Below are positions 1 to 7,402 of a stretch of 41,511 nt of DNA, one piece after another; position 1 is the stretch's first letter, and each line of letters opens with the position of its first letter. Below the pieces are notes generated by a model. That model worked only from the letters and a program-made list of their open reading frames with translations, searched no databases and was not told the origin of the DNA. The stretch lies in the IMG/VR virus record IMGVR_UViG_3300045988_044506. One strand, given 5' to 3'. A program made the position numbers and the translations under genes. This DNA comes from a virus.

Positions 1-119
1 AAACCGGAAGCAAAACGCAAGCAAACGTTAAGCAAAACGGAAGCAAACGGAAACGAATGCGCAAGCGATAAGAGAATAGAGAATAGAGAAGAGAGAATAG
101 AGAGTATACCCCCCATACC
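1..119 (+). repeat. Terminal direct repeat identical to 41393..41511, from circular-assembly overlap or terminal redundancy
   Basis: Exact identity of the window ends, read directly. Confidence 0.9.
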
Positions 120-516
120 CCCCAAGAGGGGGCGGAAGAAAACCACGCAAGAGCTGCCTGATCCGGATTTTGAAGCGTTCTGGGCTTTGTACCCGAAAAA
201 GAAATCAAAAGGCGACGCCAAGAAGGCGTGGGCGCAGTTAAAGCCTAGCAGAGAGATCATCTCGGCCATAATGGCGAAGCTGCCACTGTTAGCCGCCTCC
301 CACGACTGGACGAAGGAGGGAGGGCAGTACGTCCCTAACCCCGCAACATGGTTACGCGCCGAAGGCTGGGAGGACGAGGTGAAAGACGCTCCACGCAAGG
401 ACAGCTTTCCCACCCCGGCAAAACCCGGAGAAGCGCCGCGTGTGCCCAGCAGGGCGAAACAGAACGCGGAGTGGATGCGGGAAATGCTCGAAAGCGACGG
501 CGAAGAAGAACATTAA
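1..516 (+). CDS. Phage replication protein (replisome organizer / DnaD-like), C-terminal part. About 244 aa in total together with 41174..41392.
   Basis: Frame 1 is open from position 1 to the stop at 514-516. The C-terminal motif FWALYPKK..KAW...W...YVPNPATWL..GW.DE is typical of Firmicutes phage replication-initiation and DnaD-like C-terminal domains. Confidence 0.6.
   Translation, partial: KPEAKRKQTLSKTEANGNECASDKRIENREERIESIPPIPPKRGRKKTTQELPDPDFEAFWALYPKKKSKGDAKKAWAQLKPSREIISAIMAKLPLLAASHDWTKEGGQYVPNPATWLRAEGWEDEVKDAPRKDSFPTPAKPGEAPRVPSRAKQNAEWMREMLESDGEEEH
5..140 (+). repeat. Iteron-like short direct repeats inside the rep-gene linker: AAGCAAA(A)CGG x4 with about 10-11 bp period, GAGAATAGA x3, ATACCCCCC x2, followed by a CCCCC/GGGGG hairpin
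   Basis: Read directly. They lie in the low-complexity interdomain linker, the same arrangement as lambda ori within gene O. Confidence 0.5.
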
Positions 517-539
517 AGCGCGGCGGCGGAGCCTAGATT

Positions 540-1200
540 AGCCGAGAGCGGAAATGCATCGGAATGGCCATGATTAGACTAGCAAAGGCGAGGCGAAGCA
601 CTGAGAAGCCGTGCATAGCGATGGCAGAGCGACGGAGAGCTGCGAAGAGCACCGAATAGCAAAGGAACAGCGCAGACAAGCGTTGAAACGCATCGGCACA
701 GCAGAGGACAGCTTAGGCATGGCACCGCGATGACAGCCGAAGAAGAGCGTTGGCAAAGCAAAGAGCGGACTTACGCTGATTTGCAAAGGCTGGGAAAAGC
801 GGAGCGTTGGCAGGGATACGTCAGGCGTGGATTAGCTGCGCAGCGGAATAGCTTTGGCATTGATGAGACTGGAGACGCTGGAATCGCAAAGCAAGGATTC
901 GACGCGACAGGCAAAGGATTCGCAGAGCAAGGAGACACGGTGCAACGGAGAGGCTGCGAATAGCATGGCTGGGGCTATGCGGTGCAATGCAAGGCATAGG
1001 AATGGCAAAGCATCGAAACACTACGCAATGGGACTGCAAAGCGAAGCGCAGCAATGGATATGCAATGCGAGTAGATGCGGCGGAAAGGCGACGCAAAGCC
1101 CCGCAATGCGAGTAGATGCGGTGGAAGAGCAAAGCAAAGCACAGCGAAGGAGATGCATGGCGCGGACACGAACGGAAAACAACATTTTGGAGGTATAAGC
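540..1200 (+). repeat. Non-coding, strongly purine-skewed (T-poor on +) repeat-rich region downstream of rep. Putative origin or iteron region.
   Basis: No credible ORF in any frame; the predicted ORFs are low-complexity and mutually overlapping. Recurrent GCAAAGC / GCGAAGC / GCATAGC / GAATAGC words. The 19-mer GCAATGCGAGTAGATGCGG occurs twice (1054, 1095) and GGCAAAGGATTCG twice. Confidence 0.5.
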
Positions 1201-1917
1201 ATGGATATTTTGAAAGCAATGACGAAGAAGCACATCCGCATGACTTTTACGGAGGAAGTTTTGGGAACCTGCTCCAACAACCCGGAGCTGCACGATGAGT
1301 TTATCGCCAGCAAAGCACCAGACGCGATGACACGCGAACAGGAGGTTGCGGCAATCGGTGTCGGCAATTCGATTGAGAAGGGTATGACTGTTTTCCCCCG
1401 CAACTCCGATGGCGTACCTATCCTCTGGGGATACCAGATCGAGGGATTCATGAAGGAGGCTGTAAAAAATATCAAGAAGCATTGGCCGGATAGCGAGTGC
1501 GCTAGAATCAAAGCCAATAAACAGACTATCGACAATGCGATTTTCGTCTATTATAAGGCAATCCCTTATAAGGATTCCAGCAAGTATACCAGTAAGCACG
1601 GAAACTCTCCGCATAACGTAGATGGTATTTATTACGATACAGCTATTCCGGTCAACATGAATGGCGGTGTTGTCGGTGACTGTCAGCGTCCGTTGAGAGC
1701 GCAGACGGCGCAGGGTGAGCGTGTAGCCCTCGCGCACTCTGAGAGCTTGCCAGCTGGAAGCTCGATTGAGTTTTGGCTCGAATTCGCGCCGACTCTGGGC
1801 AAAGGCATTGATACTGATGAGGTCATGCGGGAAGTGCTGGATTACGCCCAGCTGAAAGGGATTGGCCAGTGGCGCAACTCCGGCAAGGGCCGAGCCGTTT
1901 GGGAGTATATCGACTAA
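1201..1917 (+). CDS. Hypothetical early / replication-module protein (239 aa)
   Basis: GGAGG RBS 8 nt before the ATG at 1201. The longer ORF from 1075 would start inside the repeat region. Confidence 0.6.
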   Translation: MDILKAMTKKHIRMTFTEEVLGTCSNNPELHDEFIASKAPDAMTREQEVAAIGVGNSIEKGMTVFPRNSDGVPILWGYQIEGFMKEAVKNIKKHWPDSECARIKANKQTIDNAIFVYYKAIPYKDSSKYTSKHGNSPHNVDGIYYDTAIPVNMNGGVVGDCQRPLRAQTAQGERVALAHSESLPAGSSIEFWLEFAPTLGKGIDTDEVMREVLDYAQLKGIGQWRNSGKGRAVWEYID

Positions 1918-1945
1918 TCTTAAAGATTGATAAGGAGGAAATATC

Positions 1946-2233
1946 ATGGACAGCAAATACTACATTGTGAGAGCAAAGGACGCGGGTGTTTTCGCAGGAA
2001 AAATCAGGGAGCGTAACGGCACCGAGGTGACGATGACGAGCGTGCGTCAGCTGTGGTATTGGGACGGTGCCGCATCCTTGATGCAGATGGCTCAGAGCGG
2101 GGTCACTAAACCGCGTAATTGCAAATTCACCGTCACCATTGAGGAGCTGACCATTATGGGCGTGTGCGAAATTCTCCCTTGCACCGACATTGCCGAGAAG
2201 TGCATTAAGGCGGTGGCGGAATGGAAGCGGTAA
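1946..2233 (+). CDS. Hypothetical protein (95 aa)
   Basis: AAGGAGG RBS and ATG. Confidence 0.6.
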   Translation: MDSKYYIVRAKDAGVFAGKIRERNGTEVTMTSVRQLWYWDGAASLMQMAQSGVTKPRNCKFTVTIEELTIMGVCEILPCTDIAEKCIKAVAEWKR

Positions 2234-2955
2234 AAATCCGAGAGTGGATTAGTTCTAATTCCGGTTACGGTTACGGTGACGGTTCCGGTGACGGTTCCGG
2301 TTTCGGTTACGTTGACGGTTCCGGTTACGGTTCCGGTTCCGGTGACGGTTCCGGTTCCGGTTACGGTTCCGGTTCCGGTTTCGGTTCCGGTTCCGGTTTC
2401 GGTTACGGTTCCGGTGACGGTTCCGGTTTCGGTTACGGTTCCGGTGACGGTTCCGGTGACGGTTCCGGTGACGGTTCCGGTTCCGGTGACGGCCTCAAGG
2501 CATTTTGCGGAAAAGATGTATTTTACATCGACAATGTTCGCACTATTATCAATCGTATCAACGGAAATGTCGCATATGGCGCTATCATCACCGCAGATTT
2601 AAGCCTGAATAAATGCTTTGTCGTCAAGCAGGACGGAAAATTTGCGCACGGCTATCCGCTGAGAAACGCAATGTCTGCCCTTGCGGATAAGCTCTTCGAG
2701 GATATGCCAACAAATGAACGTATTGAGCGTTTTTGGGGCGAGTTTACACCCGGTGTAAAGTACCCTGCAAAGCTGTTTTACGATTGGCATCATAGGCTGA
2801 CCGGGAGCTGTGAGATGGGGCGCAGACAGTTTGCAGAGGATCGCGGAATCAATGTGGAGACCGCAGAGTACACACCGGAAGAGTTCATCGAGTTGACGGA
2901 GAACGCATACAACGGGCAAATCATCAAACGGTTGAAGGAGGCAATGCCAAAATGA
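2221..2955 (+). CDS. Protein with an N-terminal (Gly-Ser/Tyr/Asp/Phe)n low-complexity region and a conserved C-terminal domain of unknown function
   Basis: Long ORF whose start overlaps the upstream stop. The alternate-frame TVPV ORF 2276..2602 is the shadow of the same repeat. Confidence 0.6.
   Translation: MEAVKIREWISSNSGYGYGDGSGDGSGFGYVDGSGYGSGSGDGSGSGYGSGSGFGSGSGFGYGSGDGSGFGYGSGDGSGDGSGDGSGSGDGLKAFCGKDVFYIDNVRTIINRINGNVAYGAIITADLSLNKCFVVKQDGKFAHGYPLRNAMSALADKLFEDMPTNERIERFWGEFTPGVKYPAKLFYDWHHRLTGSCEMGRRQFAEDRGINVETAEYTPEEFIELTENAYNGQIIKRLKEAMPK
2260..2493 (+). repeat. Hexanucleotide tandem repeat GGT-(TCC/GAC/TAC/TTC), about 39 units, encoding (G-x)n
   Basis: Read directly. Confidence 0.85.
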
Positions 2956-2994
2956 AGATTGTGAAGCGCGGGCACTCGGCTTTGGAGTATATCG

Positions 2995-3369
2995 ATGAGC
3001 AATAACGCAAAATGCCGTAGGTGCAAATACGGGTTTGGGCAAGGGTGGTGTGATTACATCGGCGCGACAAACAAGCGCTGCCCATGCCCGCCGGGCAAAG
3101 AATGCACGGTGTACGAACCACTTAGAGGCGCAAAGGAGAAGAACCGGCTACCGGCTCCAATGCCGAAAGCCGACATTGAGCCGGAAAAGAAGCCGTGGAA
3201 TGTGACGGCACAGCTCAACGATCAGCTGACGGCCATGTGGGAACAGGGGCTGACGGACTACCAGATCAGCGCCGAAACCGGCCTGAACCATACGACGATT
3301 GGTTATTGGCGGCGCAAGCGCGGCCTGCCAACCCAGAGGGAACGAAGAAATGCTCAGGGTCACAGTTGA
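2995..3369 (+). CDS. Putative DNA-binding regulator with an N-terminal Cys-rich zinc-finger-like region and a C-terminal HTH
   Basis: Motifs C..C.......C.C..GKEC, and an HTH-like segment LTDYQISAETGLNHTTIGYWRRKRG. Confidence 0.5.
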   Translation: MSNNAKCRRCKYGFGQGWCDYIGATNKRCPCPPGKECTVYEPLRGAKEKNRLPAPMPKADIEPEKKPWNVTAQLNDQLTAMWEQGLTDYQISAETGLNHTTIGYWRRKRGLPTQRERRNAQGHS

Positions 3370-3505
3370 GGTCGATGCACCTACCGGGCAGGCTATCGGA
3401 GTGAAGGAGCAGATAGCAATGGATCTGGAGCGCTGGGGCGATACAGTGGTTGTTTCCGTTGAGGAAATAACCCCGGAGCAGATGAAGTTAGGAGGCATGG
3501 CATGA
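3350..3505 (+). CDS. Small hypothetical protein (51 aa)
   Basis: ATG at 3350 within ORF 3299..3505. It overlaps the upstream stop in an operon arrangement. Confidence 0.4.
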   Translation: MLRVTVEVDAPTGQAIGVKEQIAMDLERWGDTVVVSVEEITPEQMKLGGMA

Positions 3506-3909
3506 GAATTACGATTCCGGGCGCTCCAAGGGGCAAGGCGCGGCCTAGAGTGACTAGGAGGGGAACTTATACCCCGGAGGAAACACGGCGCTACGAGGAG
3601 CTTGTGAGAGCTTGCTGGGCGAAAGCGGGAGGGGAGCGGTTTAAGGACGATACCGCGCTGAATGTGCTTATTATGGCATGGTTTCCCATTCCTCAAAGCA
3701 CCAGCAAGGCGAGGCGGCTGGGAATGCTGCTGGGGCGTATCCGCCCAGCCAAAAAGCCGGACTGTGACAACGTGGCAAAGATCATTTGCGATGCGTTGAA
3801 CGGATGCGCGTACAAGGATGATGCACAAATTGTACGCTGTACGGTAATCAAGTATTACTCGGAGACTCCGAGAGTCGAGGTAGATATACAGGAGGTAAAG
3901 CATGAATAA
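3502..3909 (+). CDS. rusA: RusA-family Holliday junction resolvase
   Basis: Motifs GKARPR near the N-terminus and KPDCDNVAKIICDALNG..YKDDAQI. GGAGG RBS. Confidence 0.85.
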   Translation: MRITIPGAPRGKARPRVTRRGTYTPEETRRYEELVRACWAKAGGERFKDDTALNVLIMAWFPIPQSTSKARRLGMLLGRIRPAKKPDCDNVAKIICDALNGCAYKDDAQIVRCTVIKYYSETPRVEVDIQEVKHE

Positions 3910-4480
3910 CAAGTATGAATTTACGAGTGACACGTTAGTCACAGATGACGGTGCTGTACTCCACAGGATAAAAGCGCGGATCAGCTTTGCGGGTGTCCGC
4001 GAGGGAGACCTGGGCGGCTGGGTCGAAAATGAAAAAAATTTAGACGTGTCCGGCAATGCGTGGGTGTACGGCGATGCGCAGGTGTCCGGCAATGCGCTGG
4101 TGTACGGCAATGCGCGGGTGTCCGGCGATGCGCAGGTGTCCGGCGATGCGCTGGTGTCCGGCAATGCGCTGGTGTACGGCAATGCGCAGGTGTCCGGCAA
4201 TGCGCGGGTGTCCGGCAATGCGTGTGTGTCCGGCAATGCGTGGGATGTCTCGCCGCTCCAAATCCAGTCGTCTAAATATTACGTCAACATGGCAAGTGCG
4301 ACTGAGTTGCGCATCGGCTGTCAGGTGCATACGATCGCATGGTGGCTTGAAAATAATGAACGGCACGCCGCCGAGACAGGAGAAACGCCTGAATTTGCGG
4401 CTGAAATGCGCCTATATATCGAGCTGGCCGCAAGGAGATATGCGCCGGAATTGCTGGAACTTGCGGCCGATGAACAGTAA
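3902..4480 (+). CDS. Hexapeptide-repeat protein (left-handed beta-helix-like) with 11 tandem VxGxAx units
   Basis: Repeats VSGNAW VYGDAQ VSGNAL VYGNAR and so on. GGAGG RBS. Confidence 0.7.
   Translation: MNNKYEFTSDTLVTDDGAVLHRIKARISFAGVREGDLGGWVENEKNLDVSGNAWVYGDAQVSGNALVYGNARVSGDAQVSGDALVSGNALVYGNAQVSGNARVSGNACVSGNAWDVSPLQIQSSKYYVNMASATELRIGCQVHTIAWWLENNERHAAETGETPEFAAEMRLYIELAARRYAPELLELAADEQ
4046..4243 (+). repeat. 18-bp tandem DNA repeat (GTGTCCGGCAATGCGCTG-like), 11 units
   Basis: Read directly. Not CRISPR: the units are contiguous, with no spacers. Confidence 0.85.
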
Positions 4481-4492
4481 CAGAGGCATGAC

Positions 4493-4885
4493 ATGAACAA
4501 ACTACAAATTACAATGACCACGGAACAGGCGCGTATCATTAAAGTTGCACTGGAGGAGTACTTCCGCGCCCCGCTTGGACAGTGGCGCGACCTTGCTGAC
4601 CGGCTGGCGTTCCGCGGCTTTGACTGGGACAACCACACAGACGAGGAGCTTGACAAACGGTGTGAGAAGAAAGAATACGCCCTATACGCATTTGATGCGG
4701 CTGGAAACATCGTGATGGACAGAACCGGAACTATCCCGCGCCCAACCGATGAGGCGATTGCGTCAGATATGTGGCGCATTCTGAGGCAGTGGCTGATGGC
4801 AAAAGAGATGCGGCAGGACATCCCGCTGGACACATACCACGAGAGCGACGAACCGCCTATCAAGGTGGAGGAGCTATCAGAATGA
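4493..4885 (+). CDS. Hypothetical protein (130 aa)
   Basis: ATG 8 nt after a GAGG-like RBS. Acidic C-terminus. Confidence 0.55.
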   Translation: MNKLQITMTTEQARIIKVALEEYFRAPLGQWRDLADRLAFRGFDWDNHTDEELDKRCEKKEYALYAFDAAGNIVMDRTGTIPRPTDEAIASDMWRILRQWLMAKEMRQDIPLDTYHESDEPPIKVEELSE

Positions 4886-5079
4886 CACTGGAAAACAAAA
4901 AAGAGCTTGTGCGGCTTTTGCACCTGTACATGGCTGATATTATGCGGCAGGATTCGGTTGAGAAAAGAAACCGCTCCCTTGCGATGCATGTTGGGATTAA
5001 AAGCCAGTTTGACCACGCACGAATCATCGTAAACAAGCTGGAGCGCGAGCTTTCAACCGGACTTTTTACGAATGGATGA
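4882..5079 (+). CDS. Hypothetical small protein (65 aa)
   Basis: GAGGAG RBS, and its ATG overlaps the upstream stop. The ATG is the internal start of ORF 4771..5079. Confidence 0.5.
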   Translation: MTLENKKELVRLLHLYMADIMRQDSVEKRNRSLAMHVGIKSQFDHARIIVNKLERELSTGLFTNG

Positions 5080-5190
5080 CGAATTGCACTTGAACTTGAA
5101 TTTCGTCACCAGAAATGGCGGTATTCGGATAGGGCGAGAGAATGAGTTCAACTTTTCAGCCCTATAAAGTGAAACTGAAGGAGGTAAAAC

Positions 5191-5346
5191 ATGGATGATC
5201 TGAAACCCTGCCCGTTTTGCGGATGCGTACCGATAATTCAATGGGCGCGATATGTGTGCAAAAAACGCAGTTATGCTGGACGGAAGAGAAGTAGGGCTTC
5301 GTGCGACCGGCAAAGACGAGTTTTGCAGTTACGGGAGGTGAAATAA
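5191..5346 (+). CDS. Small zinc-ribbon protein, possibly a Lar-like restriction alleviation protein (51 aa)
   Basis: Strong RBS GAAGGAGG. N-terminus MDDLKPCPFCG matches the Lar-family start. Below the ORF-track size cutoff. The C-terminus is unusually basic, and an A6 run at 5261-5266 could hide a frameshift. Confidence 0.35.
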   Translation: MDDLKPCPFCGCVPIIQWARYVCKKRSYAGRKRSRASCDRQRRVLQLREVK

Positions 5347-5745
5347 ATGGCCCAATACCTTGAACGGTCAACCGCAATCGACATTGCTATCAGCGCAGAA
5401 GACGTGCATCCGTACAAAGTGGTTGGACAGCTGGAAACCTACAGCGACTACAATCAGGGGTGGAGCGATGCTTGCGGTTATATCAGCGAGTTGTTTGAGA
5501 CTGCGCCGACGATAGATGTGCTTGCCGTGACAAGTGATAAGCTGGTCGGAAGCGGGGCAACTGAGCTTGCACCGATGTTGCGCGGCAAGTGGATTTTGCG
5601 GCACATAGGATGCGTACATTTTTTTGAGTGCTCTGTGTGCCATGCCACTCCTATTTACGGCACGAAGAACACAAAGTTTTGTCAAAACTGCGGGGCAAGG
5701 ATGGATGAGGAGGATGATTCGAGTGATCCTGATTTGGTTGACTAA
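5347..5745 (+). CDS. Hypothetical protein with a C-terminal zinc ribbon (CSVCH...CQNCG)
   Basis: GGGAGGTG RBS and ATG at 5347. Confidence 0.55.
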   Translation: MAQYLERSTAIDIAISAEDVHPYKVVGQLETYSDYNQGWSDACGYISELFETAPTIDVLAVTSDKLVGSGATELAPMLRGKWILRHIGCVHFFECSVCHATPIYGTKNTKFCQNCGARMDEEDDSSDPDLVD

Positions 5746-5989
5746 CTTTGCATTTGCCGTTGGCGGCATGATTATCGGAATCCTCCTGACAGCCTGCATC
5801 GTTGCGGCGGACTGGCACGAGAAGCCCCGGAGACACCGGGGGTGGTGGATTGAGGACGAACAGGGCAATATGCACTGCACTAGGTGTAATTGCAACATCA
5901 CATTCTCTAATTCTGAATCAAGCGATTACTGCCCGTGTTGTGGCGCGGAGATGAAGGGGGTTCGAAACAGTGGAAATTGTGATTCCTGA
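5714..5989 (+). CDS. Small membrane protein with one TM helix and a C-terminal zinc ribbon
   Basis: ATG at 5714 after GGATGAGGAGG. Hydrophobic segment LIWLTNFAFAVGGMIIGILLTACIVAA. Motifs CTRCNC...CPCCG. Confidence 0.45.
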   Translation: MIRVILIWLTNFAFAVGGMIIGILLTACIVAADWHEKPRRHRGWWIEDEQGNMHCTRCNCNITFSNSESSDYCPCCGAEMKGVRNSGNCDS

Positions 5990-6314
5990 CGAGCTGTATG
6001 AACTCATATGGGGAATTGAGGAGCGAATAGATACAGACAACCAGCTGACTCAGCTTGCGGAAGAAGCTGCGGAGCTGTCTCAGGCGGCTCTAAAATACAG
6101 AAGAGCGCTCCAAACTGCGCGATGGGAAGAGAATATCAGCCCGACGCCAAAAGCTTTAAACGATTCGTATGACAGTCTTACGGAAGAATGCTCCGATGTT
6201 ATGCTTGCGGTGCTAGTAACTACCAGACACCTAATATCGAATGACATTATGCTCAACAAGGCCAAACGCTGGCTAGACCGTTTGAAGCGCTATCGGGATG
6301 AGGAGGGCTTATGA
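5970..6314 (+). CDS. Possible MazG-like nucleotide pyrophosphohydrolase (GTG start)
   Basis: EEAAEL motif resembles the MazG EExxEL motif. All-helical, 114 aa. Confidence 0.4.
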   Translation: MEIVIPDELYELIWGIEERIDTDNQLTQLAEEAAELSQAALKYRRALQTARWEENISPTPKALNDSYDSLTEECSDVMLAVLVTTRHLISNDIMLNKAKRWLDRLKRYRDEEGL

Positions 6315-6709
6315 GCAACACAAGATACCCGTGGTGGGGATATGCTCGCAAGATTATCTATCTGTACCCTGAGCGGTGCCGTCAGCATCAGGAAATGCTG
6401 CGGCAGAATATCACGCCCGGGTATTGCGAGCAGGTTGGTGGGCATACGGCAAGCAGGACGGTCGAGCAAATTACGGTGAAAGCGATGACCGCACCAGAAT
6501 ACAGGGAGTATAAGGCTGTATATGATGCAATCGCCGTAAAAGGCAACCCGGAACTGATGCGGCTGCTGACTTTGCTGTACTGGCAAAAGCACAAGCGTTA
6601 CACTATCTATGGCGCGGCGCAAGAGTGTCATATTTCAGAGCGCACGGCACGGCGCTGGAGCGTCGATTTTACCCGGCAGGTCGGACGAAATATGAATTTC
6701 CTTGAATAA
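6311..6709 (+). CDS. Putative late-gene transcriptional activator (ArpU/RinA-like)
   Basis: About 130 aa with a C-terminal HTH-like segment ISERTARRW. Sits immediately upstream of the packaging/structural operon. Confidence 0.45.
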   Translation: MSNTRYPWWGYARKIIYLYPERCRQHQEMLRQNITPGYCEQVGGHTASRTVEQITVKAMTAPEYREYKAVYDAIAVKGNPELMRLLTLLYWQKHKRYTIYGAAQECHISERTARRWSVDFTRQVGRNMNFLE

Positions 6710-6730
6710 TGGCCGTTTAAAGCCATTTTT
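6706..6730 (+). terminator. Hairpin AATGGC-N8-GCCATT followed by TTTTT
   Basis: Read directly. Short stem. Confidence 0.35.
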
Positions 6731-6756
6731 GCGTGGTAAAATAGTAGCGTAGATAA

Positions 6757-6789
6757 AGGGGCATCCGAAAGGGTGCTCCTTTTGTGTTG
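6757..6789 (+). terminator. Hairpin GGGGCAUCC-gaaa-GGGUGCUCC (two G-U pairs) followed by UUUUGUGUUG
   Basis: Read directly. Confidence 0.45.
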
Positions 6790-6859
6790 CCGAAAGGCGG
6801 GTATCAACATCGCATTATTGGACAGGGGCGGGGTCGGGCGATGAGAAAATGGAGGAAAC

Positions 6860-7402
6860 ATGGACAGTCTCGATATTGTATATGTCAGCATGGATGAAAT
6901 CACGCCTTATGAGAACAACCCACGCATGAATGACGGCGCTGTCGAATCTGTCGCAAAAAGCATTTCCGAATTCGGGTTCAAAGTGCCAATCGTGCTGGAC
7001 AAAGATTATGTCATTGTTTGCGGTCACACCAGATATAAGGCAGCAAAGCAGCTTGGCCTGACCGAAGTGCCCTGTGTGATTGCCGCCGACCTTACGCCCA
7101 AGCAGGTCAAGGCATTCCGTCTTGCCGATAACCGAGTGTCTGATAACTCCATCTGGGACAACAAAAAGCTGCTGGAAGAACTTGACGATCTGGATGATAT
7201 TTTCACCGGGTTTGAGCTGAGCGACGTTTTCGACAATACGCTCGACGAGAAAGACAATAGCGCACTGGACGATAACGAGTACGGCGTGACTTACGAGGTT
7301 GTATTCAGGAGCGAGGACGAGGAAAAGATTAAGCGCATTCAGTCTATGTGGGAACAAATGGAAAAGACAGAGAGCGCTGGAGAACAAAGCGATGAGGAAT
7401 GA
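6860..7402 (+). CDS. ParB-like nuclease-domain protein
   Basis: ParB N-terminal domain motifs (ITPYENNPR ... VCGHTRYKAA). GGAGG RBS. First gene of the late operon. Confidence 0.8.
   Translation: MDSLDIVYVSMDEITPYENNPRMNDGAVESVAKSISEFGFKVPIVLDKDYVIVCGHTRYKAAKQLGLTEVPCVIAADLTPKQVKAFRLADNRVSDNSIWDNKKLLEELDDLDDIFTGFELSDVFDNTLDEKDNSALDDNEYGVTYEVVFRSEDEEKIKRIQSMWEQMEKTESAGEQSDEE

Noticed and set aside
574-1219. Several 60-130 aa ORFs in both strands of the purine-rich region
   Set aside because: They overlap one another and give low-complexity translations. No RBS, and the region behaves as repeat DNA.
1075-1917. Longer 280-aa version of the first early gene
   Set aside because: The N-terminal extension lies in the repeat region and has a repeat-like sequence. 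A GGAGG RBS precedes the ATG at 1201.
2276-2602. TVPV-repeat ORF (108 aa)
   Set aside because: Alternate-frame reading of the GGT-NNC hexanucleotide repeat inside the 2221..2955 gene.
4046-4243. Possible CRISPR array (regular 18-bp repeats)
   Set aside because: The repeats are contiguous with no spacers, and they are in frame within a protein-coding gene.
4056-4496. Cys/Arg/Met-rich ORFs (also 4060..4275 on + and 4040..4366 on -)
   Set aside because: Alternate-frame and antisense readings of the 18-bp tandem repeat of the hexapeptide-repeat gene.
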